64,000 bases of DNA from Trichosphaerium sp. ATCC 40318 (Eukaryota; Protista; Tubulinea), in the NCBI GenBank assembly GCA_038496445.1, contig JALMLS010000065.1:62001-126000 (forward strand), in the 5' to 3' direction. Shown here one piece after another: positions 54,798 to 64,000 of this stretch. The notes beneath the pieces were generated by a model. The model was given only the letters and a program-made list of their open reading frames with translations. It searched no databases and was not told the origin of the DNA. The position numbers and the translations under genes were made by a program. The first letter of the stretch is position 1. Each line of letters starts with the position of its first letter.

Positions 54798-55005
54798 TAA
54801 AATCTACAAAAAAATCGAACAATCAGCTTCTATGAATGATGTATTTTGTACATCAAAAAATATGGTCAAACTTACTTCAAGAATTATTTTAAGCCGACTT
54901 TATCGGCACTGCAATTTTTTTCAACTTATTTGTAGTTTCCTTCAGAAAGCGGTTGCTTTTATAATAACACTACATCGCTCCCCTTTCTTGTTTCGTTCGC
55001 AATAA

Positions 55006-58000
55006 ATGCGATTATACGCTACTTTTAGTAGCCATCACTCTATTGGGGCAAAACTGGGCGTATAAAATAGGTACAAGGCTCTGTCTACAACTTTAACCGA
55101 GACTACAAGAATAAATCTTCTTGTGTCTTTTCGTATCCTTTTCTTTACTCACAACGCCGTTTCTAGACCCTTCAGATTATTGTGATGAAAATAGTTGGAG
55201 TAGTTTATCAAGTTCTACTCGATCGTGCTCTGTAACAACAGGATACCCTTGGATTCAGTAAGAAACGAATAAACATTAAAGAAATATAAATTTCTGACAT
55301 ACTTAGGGGCTCTGATCCGGATTTTAAAATTCGTAAGAACTCGTTTTCTTTTCTGTTGAGAAATTTGTTTTTCATAATGCTGTTTTATCGTAACCATTGT
55401 GTTTAGTATGCTGTGAACTAGCGAATAATGTATCATCGTATGAGTTTTCACAAGGGACAACTTGGAAATACGCTGATTATGGTACTGCGCTTACAGTAAC
55501 ATTCACGAGAAGTATGGTTGGCATATGCAAGAATTGTGGGTGAGTATTTTTGTTCGTCATTTGAAAATCGTCCTTGTATTGTAGGTCTCACTGTTTGATT
55601 AATATAGAGGCAAGAATTATGGTATAGAATACACAAACCGTGCTGGTGTCCTGGGTATACAGAGCACTAATGACGTACGAGCTCAGTAGTTGTAAATCCT
55701 TCATCGATTTTCAAACTAATTTTTTTTTAGGATGTATGGTACTGTGGAGACAGTTCTACTCAGTTAAAATGCCCATACGGATGGGCAGTAACAGGTATGC
55801 TACTACATAAGCATTTAATATGTATTTTGAGCACTAATATTAATATGCGTACTGCTTAGGTGTTTGCTATGGTACAAGTAGCTCACCTTGTACAATAAAA
55901 TGTGGTTCTTCAGGTGACAATCGTCATGCTATCCAATGCAGGAGGCAACTACTTTTCCTTGGAACATGTGATTACAACGAAAGAGATTATGTATCATACT
56001 CTGCTGATGACCTTGGTGGTGCAGTGTACACCGGTACTTTAACTTCAAGCTGTGTAAGCGAGTACGTACATCTTAAACATCTTTTTTTTTATACCCATTA
56101 TTCGTTTTAGTTGGTTTCAACATGTCTCCGGCGATGAAACACGGTATTGTGGAACTCCATCGGGTTCTGCAAGCCTAGAACTAGAGGGTGATGAGTATAT
56201 TTGCAATTGCGAATTCCAATGTGCTGATCAAAATGGATTGTTTTGTCTTGGTGACGAAAGTAGAGCCTATGAAGTATTTTATGAAGTAGTGCCATCTATT
56301 ACCGGAAATTCATTAAGTTTAACGTACAAAACATACTGTAATTGGGAGCGTATTGGCAATACTGCGTTTTCTTTTTGTACGCGTTTTCTCCGCCGTAGTG
56401 CATGGTTCAACAACCTACATACTTATTGCTATAGTCACTGCTGGTGTTGGGAAGGATTATAGAACAGTGAATGCAATACCTTTCACCTATGCGATAGATG
56501 ATAGTGTTACTATTGCACCTGGTACAGCCTACACCATAACGCTTCAGGTACACTTGTCCGATTTTATTGTTGTACTCAGCCAATGTAGGTGAACGGTCCA
56601 GTTGCTGAGCTTGTAGGTTCCGAGTTTGAACAGACGTATACAACTCCGTTTGTAACTACTGCTTCTGGTACAGTACAAAGCGTTGATGGAGCAGCAGTAG
56701 AGGGTGTCTACATGTGTTGGCGACATCAAGATGACGCTGTAGGTACCAACAGAAGTTGTACACGTGCGTACTTTGTGATTAACATTTATTGTTTTGATTG
56801 GTTGACTTCTTTTATAGCTACAACAGCCGCTGCACCTACAAACTATGACTTGGAAATAACAATTGACGGTTCTGATAGTATCGTTACTGGGAGTTCACTC
56901 AACATTGTATTATTTCCTACAGCAGACGATACACATAGCTTTGAAGTCGTTGGCTCTCCAGGCGTGGATGAGCTACCTGTTACGATAACCCACGGTTCTC
57001 CTTACAGCGCTACATTTACTGATTTGTCGCTATACTCTGTTACAGGAAATGTGCGTTGGATCTACTTGAGCCTTTGCAGTTAATTTGTTGAATAGGTTTA
57101 TATGCTTTCGTTTCCAAGTTGTGGTTCAAACGAAGTTGCCCTTCTAGTAGATGGAGTTGACTATGGTATTGTAACAATAAATTCGGAGACTTTACTGCAA
57201 CGCTACAGGCTGGAAATCATGTTATGACTCCGGTAAGTTACAACTTTATTTCTTAGGTGCTTGCTAACACTAGAACTTCAGATAATAGATACGATGATCT
57301 TAATAATCAGTTGAAGGATTTGGAAGAAAAGTTCAATGCTGACAAGATAGTTCTTGAAGAGTTTTTTGATACACTTAACCCTTCTTTCTCTTTTAATGGA
57401 GGTGGATCATCTTATGAAAAAGATACTGCTATATCTACTAGTAAATCAAGTATGTTTCAGTTTGATATGGAAATTAAAAGCGAATCAGGAACAACAGCTT
57501 ATGCTAACGTACGTGTTTCATTTTTTTTGATTTTTTGAAACTATTTTTGTTGCTTCTACGACATCTTGTGTATCTGTTTTAGACATCATATTAAGTATAC
57601 ATTTTAGTGGAATGTTCTTGAGGCTGAATCTACAATATCTATTCGTGTGGGTTTATCTGTGGGGAAATCAACAACAACTACAACTACAGAAAATTTCAAG
57701 ACAAAATTCCATTTATCTGATCCTGAACCTCTTGATTATTTCACTTTTGTTATTGGAGAAGATCCAACATATGGTACACCTGTTTTTACAGGGTTAACAG
57801 GAGAAAGTTCTTGCATACATGAACAAGGTACAAAGGGACTTGAATTGACTTTTTTTAAAGTACAGAATTGTTTTAACTGATTCTTTTGCTCTTTGTAGGC
57901 ACTCAACAACGTGATCAACCTTATTTGCGTGTTGTTGGAGATAGCTTAAAAACAGATATTACAACTGAAAGCGTATCATGGACACTTGAAGCTAGTAATC

Positions 58001-59760
58001 AAGGTGACACTACTGTCTCATATAAACTATATGCTTTCGGTGACTCTACACCTGTCACTGGTCTAAGGTATACATTCCCTGAAGAATTCATAGCTATAGC
58101 ACCTTTCGAAACACGTGAGTTTACAATAACTGGAGCAAGATTAGATCTTGATGAGTATGATTTCGAAGGTACATGATTTCTTTTACAAAACACTTTGGAA
58201 GATACTAATCTTTGCTTGGATATAAAATGGGTTCTCACAGTTGACTGTGAGTATAGTTACTGCAAAAATAGTTTATGGCTACAACCCAACTTACCTACAC
58301 AGTCTTCAGTAAGTGTAGGTGTGAGATTCCGAGTACCTTGTACGTTGTATCACAGCACCACTTTTGTACATTTTTGATCTTTTTTTAAACCGTTTTGGTT
58401 TAAGGTATGGCTCTCGCTTGGGCAGATGATAACAGATATGTTGTAAATATTAACTCTGAAGATAATCTCGTTATTCAAGTTGAGAATAAGAGGTTCCATA
58501 CTGATCCATGGGATCTTGGGACTTACCCTAATACATTAAAATTCGAGTATAGATCAAGTACAAGCTGTACGTTTTTAAACATTGTTTTTTACCTTACAGT
58601 TTTTTGTTGCAGTAGGTAACTGGAGAGAAGCATCCAGAGATGCACAAATAGAAATAAGCATTGATAGCAATGGAATCCTGTATTACTCATGGGATGTATC
58701 GTCATTTGGTGATGATGTTTATGAACTTCGTTGCACTGCCGTAAGCTAGTCTCTTCTATGTGGAATATTTTTAATCTAATACGACCTAGGATTGTCTTAC
58801 TGAATCTATTACAGTCAGTGATCGTTTGCTTTATGTTGATAGACGTCCTATCACTGTATATGGTGCTCCGGAACCTTCAGGTAAATACTTTGGATTATCT
58901 AATTTTTTACTAACGTAATGTAGACGGAGTGTTCACTCCAGAGAAAGTTTTGAGTGCTAACTTCAATAAAGAGTTAGACTGCGCGCGTTCAGTTGAAGAA
59001 GGTACCGTTGAGATTTATGTTGATGGTAGCAGTGATAAACTTGATGGATTCACTTGGAAGTGCTACCAACAAACAGTAAGTTTTGTTTATTGCTGAGAGC
59101 CTGATAGCTTACCGTATTAAAATAGATAACAATCGAGCCAACTATTAGTTTTAAATGGAGCACTTACACTGGTAAAACAATATCAGCTCATGTGACTGGT
59201 ATTGTTGACAACGCTGGAAATGTTATGGGCACGCAAATAATTTGTTGTAGTTTTTTTCAACTTCAACCTATTGTTTATTTTCCGCTCATTTCTTCTTCAT
59301 AGATACCCAAGCAACCTGGAGGTTCACTATTGAAGATAAAGAATGTGTAACAGTTGATGCAACACTAGAGTTTACATTAGCTGAATCTAGCAACCTAACT
59401 GACTCTGAAATGGTTTCAGAATTAGTTGCTTCTTTTGGTTTTATTGCTGATACAGTCAAGAGTTATGATGTATCGGATGATGAACTTACTATAGTTTTAA
59501 CAAACTCTGCTGATACTTGTGATCTTGTTACTGAACTAGAAAAGTTCTCAGCGGCCATGGATGCTACTGATGCTTCTGAAAGACCTTCCTTTATTAATTG
59601 GGATGAGGAAGGTTCTTTCGGATTTCAATCAAATGTTGCTTCTTATGAAGATGATAAAGAACTTGATGAATGGATATCTTGGGTATCTGTTGTAGGAGTA
59701 TCAGGTATAATTGTTGTAATTTTACTGGTCGGAGTAATTGTATGGGCAGTGCGTCAATAA
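55006..59760 (+). CDS. Large multi-exon Ig-like/beta-sandwich surface protein with C-terminal TM; contains apparent frameshifts
   Basis: Signal-like YTLLLVAITLLGQNWA; FHLSDPEPLDYF..GEDPTYGTPVF..GESSCIHEQGT; DRRPITVYGAPEPSDG...FNKELDC; TM WISWVSVVGVSGIIVVILLVGVIVWAV. Confidence 0.65.
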
Positions 59761-59859
59761 AAACGGAAATAAGAAAAAAAAACCCCAAAAAACTGAAGCG
59801 GTTTTTGAATTGAAGTTTTTGCTAAGGTTTATTGATGTTCACGTGTTGTGATTTTTTGT

Positions 59860-62800
59860 CTAATCTGTTCCTCTATCCAAGTCATACTTGTTCCAAGTAT
59901 TACGTGTTATTGGTAAGCAACCATTACAACAAGCTAACTTTGTATGACAGTGACATTCTATTGTTTTCTTATCTCTGTTAGATGCCCATCCGTTTCTTGC
60001 TGAAATATCATCTGAACAATCTGGATCATTTGCTGCTGCTCTTGCGCATTCTGACATGAAGAACTGCGTGTGGAAAGGCGCTTTTCTTCCGTTTACTATG
60101 AGTTTCTTGTGGCATTGTTTATGTGTATCACCAGGGCAAGAGTGATGTCTCTTACCGCCGCCTCTATTTGACCACCATCCATTTGTTCCATCGCATGTTT
60201 TACCAGCATCTTTGTTGACGAGTTTAGGTGGGTTGTATGGTCCTCTTGTGATTGGTTCTCTATCGCAGTTTATACAGTCTTCGCTTAGTGGCCATTTAGG
60301 TACACGTGTATCGTTCGAGTTGAGCTCAGCGGCATTACAATCGATGCATCTTTCTCCATGTCTCCAAGGTATTTTTTCTGGTCTTTTTGGTGGGTCGAAT
60401 CCTGGGAACTGTCGGCTGTTTTCTCGTAGGTAGCAAGTTGCGTGATACGCTGGATCTCCTTCGTATGCTCTTTCTGTTCTTCCAAACGTGTCTGAAGGAT
60501 TACGAGCGTTAACACCGAAACAAACATAGACGTCTTTTGGATCTTCAGCCAAAGCGTTAAAGTCGAAGTTGTCAGTGCATTCTTTTGGCAATAGCCCAGC
60601 TTGCTCGGCCCATCTGTTTTCACCTACAGATAGAGGCATGACAGCGATACCATGGCACCAATTAGCACTAGCTGGACATTTACGCTCACAAATGCTCAAA
60701 TCATCGTAAACTCGTGAACACTCTTAAAAAAAAGAAACGTCAGATACAAATCAAGTGATATTTTAGGACAAAAAAGCGCGTACCAATGCTGTATTTAAAA
60801 TCAGGAAAGTAACAATGATCGATACGCCTAAGTTTGTATCAGTTAGAAGTCGTTCTGTGGTGTTTATAAAAAAGGTATCAAGACGTACGAGAAAGCGCCT
60901 GGGTCTGGGTTCGTTCCATAAACATGTTCAACTTGATCAGTAACATAGTCGACGTCCACACAATCTCTGTATCCTCTCCATAGCCAATGAACAATGTATT
61001 GACCTGTACCGGCTCTTCCAGGGATTTTAATCATTGCCATATCACCGTCATTAGGTCTATGAACCAAGTGTTCAACACGAAGCATTGATTCAACCCAAGG
61101 CATATCAGGATTGAAATACTCAGCATAGTTGTCTTGATGGTACTGACTCTTGTATTTAAAGAAGCTAGCATCATCTGCCCATAATCCGAAAGCATCTGGA
61201 CGTGGTATGAAGTCTGGTGAAGTCTTTGGTATCACAGGTTCGTAATAACTCTTATGGCTTTCGAAGCTACTTCCTCTGTTCTTGAATTGTCGATGATAAA
61301 TTGGTATTTGTTGGAGTGAAGGTGCTTCGTTAAAGTATTTTGCTATGGAGGCTTTATCATGGAATTTAAGTTTATCTGCATCCTTTTCGTGTACTACGAT
61401 GAAGTACGACCAATCTTGATGACCTGTAGCCCATTCAAGCTGGAAAAGTTGATTGAGTCCAACTTGAACATGTGGCATAACCTGGTTCTTTGCTGGACAA
61501 GGTGAGATCGTGCTAGCATGTCTAGAACGTGATCTAGACCAAAACCAATTGTGTCCATGAGCTCCCTGTGTCAGGGCAGCGAGTGCAATGATGACAATCA
61601 AAAGTAAAGGAGTCGATGATTTGTGTTTGAGAGCTGAACCAACAGCGATAAGTAAACCGGCCAATAGAGATGCTGATGGTCGGGTTGCAGGTGAGTTTGC
61701 TCCTCTGTTTTGCGTACCACCTGATGGAGGTGTTGTAACTGGTAGCTGGCTACTCTCTGGAGGTTGTGGGGCAAGGGTAGTCTTAAGACATTTGCAGAAA
61801 CGGCGCCTAAAATAAAACCAATTAGGATTGTGCTAAGCAAAGAAGTTCTTACCCATCAGCTTGATGATTGCTTGTGGCATCACATTCTACAGGAGCAGGT
61901 GGTCCAAGTCTATTAGATGTGCATCTGGTATCGTCATAGTAACAGAATCCATTGTCGGAGATTGAAGCTCCGATTGCTCCACAAGCGCTCAAGTATGGTT
62001 TCTTACAAAGAAAACCAGCTGGTGTGATTTCTTCGTCAATTCTGTTTGGACTGTTGACACGTTCTATTGAAACAACATCACATAAAAGACTCTCTTCGGC
62101 ACATCTATCAGTACATGATTGGCCAACCTGAAGACAAAGGTCACATACAACAGCACAGAAAGTATGTTCAATAATCTTTCAAAAAAAAAAATCACGTGCC
62201 TTAGATTCAAACCAAGTTTGTTCTGGTTTAGGGTCTGTGGACTCCCCTAAACGTAGATCGCCATTAATGTTTGGAGTATAGAATGCGCCAGTGTTAGCGT
62301 CTCCTTGTTTGATTAAAGCACGGAAGAAAACAGCGCCAGTTCCAGCAGGAGGTGCTTGCCACTTGAATGTAACTTTGAGAGGCTTTAATACAGCGTTTAG
62401 ATGCATTAGACTTTGTCGGCAAACATGAGTATCAGTCCAAGGTAATTGAAACAATGCTAAAGACGGATATAAGCAAACGGAGTAATAAAATTGTTTGCTG
62501 CTGAGAGCAAAGATTCGAAAAAACGAAAAAAAATGCAAAAAAAACAAACCTGGAAATTCTGTTCTTAATTTCCATTCTCCAACTCTGTTCTTTGCTGCAT
62601 CTTCAGCGTAAATTAAGATACCTCGATACTTTGCTGTATAATCGTTGACAAGAACGGTAATATCAATGATACTGTCGGGTGTGTAGCGTTGAAGTTTTCG
62701 TTTTTCTGGACCCGCAAAAACTGAGTATTTGTCTGTTCTCTTTACTTTATCTGCCCAATACATAATAGGTCGAGGCACAGTTTGGCAAAGCAAACGATCC

Positions 62801-62970
62801 ACGCGGTTATTTCTTACTACCCAATCAGAAGGATCACACCCCCAGTGGGTGGCTGTAGCGTCACAAGAGAAAACTGAAACAGGGTTTGCATTTGAAGCTC
62901 CATGTGCACGTGATAAAAATAAAACGACTAGCGCTAGCGTTGTAAAACGTAATATGTCAGAGCATGCCAT
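59860..62970 (-). CDS. Reeler domain + Cys-rich domain + hydrophobic pair + LPMO-like domain + Cys-rich tail (putative polyprotein)
   Basis: Signal MACSDILRFTTLALVVLFLSRAHG; Reeler motifs YRGILIYA and FKWQAPPAGTGAVFFRALIK; continuous frame via introns 62128-62199 and about 61808-61851 into AHG-HNW...WATGH...GQYIVHWLWRGYRDCVDV. Confidence 0.75.
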
Positions 62971-64000
62971 CGTCTAAACGAGAAATGAGTACATTTAGTC
63001 TGTGTACAAAAAAAGAGCGGGCTGCGGGCAAACAAAATCTTGTTTTGAAATAAAAAAAGACAACATAATGTATCTCATTCTTTGTAGTGATGCCCTTAAT
63101 CACGTGATTTAAAACATTTTGAAGAAATGGTTGCGGTACTTTTCGGCCTAGAAAGGATAAATACGTACCTGCGTCTGCTCTTGATGAACGTATCGTCAGG
63201 AAGTGATGCGTTTGTGTATTGAGCTCTGTCTGAATTAATAAAACTGTCGAACAAAAAATGTGTTTTTACTTTTTTTGTTCCCTGGGAAAGCGGGACGCTC
63301 CATCCCTTATGATAAACCAAACCACAGTTTAAATATCAAATATTTTATGTTATCTGCTAGCGCATTATCTTCTTACTAGCGTTAAAATTACATGAGCTAA
63401 ACAATTGAAGATACCTTTTCACACCCTATTTAAACTAATCTGCGTACGTACTGCAACTATACCGAGTGCTGTTTTAACTTGTGTTATGCTATTAGCTATT
63501 ACAGGATGTGTGCCGTTTCGATAAACGTGTCAGTATGATAAAAGTAGCGGGAACATTCAAGACAAAGAGTTCTTAGGTCTTTTCACGTATGAATTTGTGA
63601 ACTAACTGCACAATTACCACAGCGGGTTTTTTTGGTAAAACTGAGGTAACTAAACGCTAAACAAGCGTTTTGCGATACTGTTGATCTAAAAGGAGACTGT
63701 AAAAAAGTTACTTCAAGTTCGTTTGCATCTCGAATAATGAAGGCTACAAACATCGCACTTGCGAATGAAAAGGTACCAGAAACTTTCAGTTTTTGGTACA
63801 CATATCGCGTATGTTTGAAAAAATGCACCTGCTTCAGTGCCATTTTATTTTTTTTCATATATCGCGTACCCTAAACAATACATATGATAGATTCAATAGC
63901 GCAACTTGCGTGAAGTATTGATGAAGTCTCCTTGATTTTTTTTTTTGAAAATAGCTAGTACTATTTGTTAGGAAAACAGGAGAAGCACCATTTGTGTAAA

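Noticed and set aside
1-64000. Alternative genetic code or intact transposon/provirus
   Set aside because: Stops in conserved genes are explained by introns; no transposase, reverse transcriptase, integrase or capsid ORF was seen.

Overview
AT-rich (roughly 35-37% GC by eye), gene-dense eukaryotic DNA with many short spliceosomal introns (mostly 40-100 nt; donors GTACGT/GTAAGT, branch points like GCTAAC). It is most likely an amoebozoan-type protist; this is inferred from the C2-domain formin, two-subunit ATP-citrate lyase and DUF389, and the taxon is not established. The ORF track shows exon fragments, so genes were rebuilt by hand and exon boundaries are approximate. About 25 genes are present: an FMP42/SLC43-like transporter, two BTB proteins, a GH55 glucanase, a Zn2Cys6 factor, a formin, DUF389, two F-box/LRR paralogs, an intronless MORN-repeat gene, a metallophosphoesterase, a GT34, head-to-head ATP-citrate lyase subunits beside a mitochondrial carrier, Ku70 and several secreted or mucin-like proteins. 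Best candidate for an undescribed system: a single ORF (59860-62970, minus strand) joining a Reeler domain, a GPI-signal-like segment, an internal signal peptide and an LPMO-like domain whose first His would be freed by cleavage. Other leads: a non-canonical tRNA-like element and a second structured RNA in unusually long Ku70 introns, frequent GC-AG introns, and strong CACGTG enrichment.
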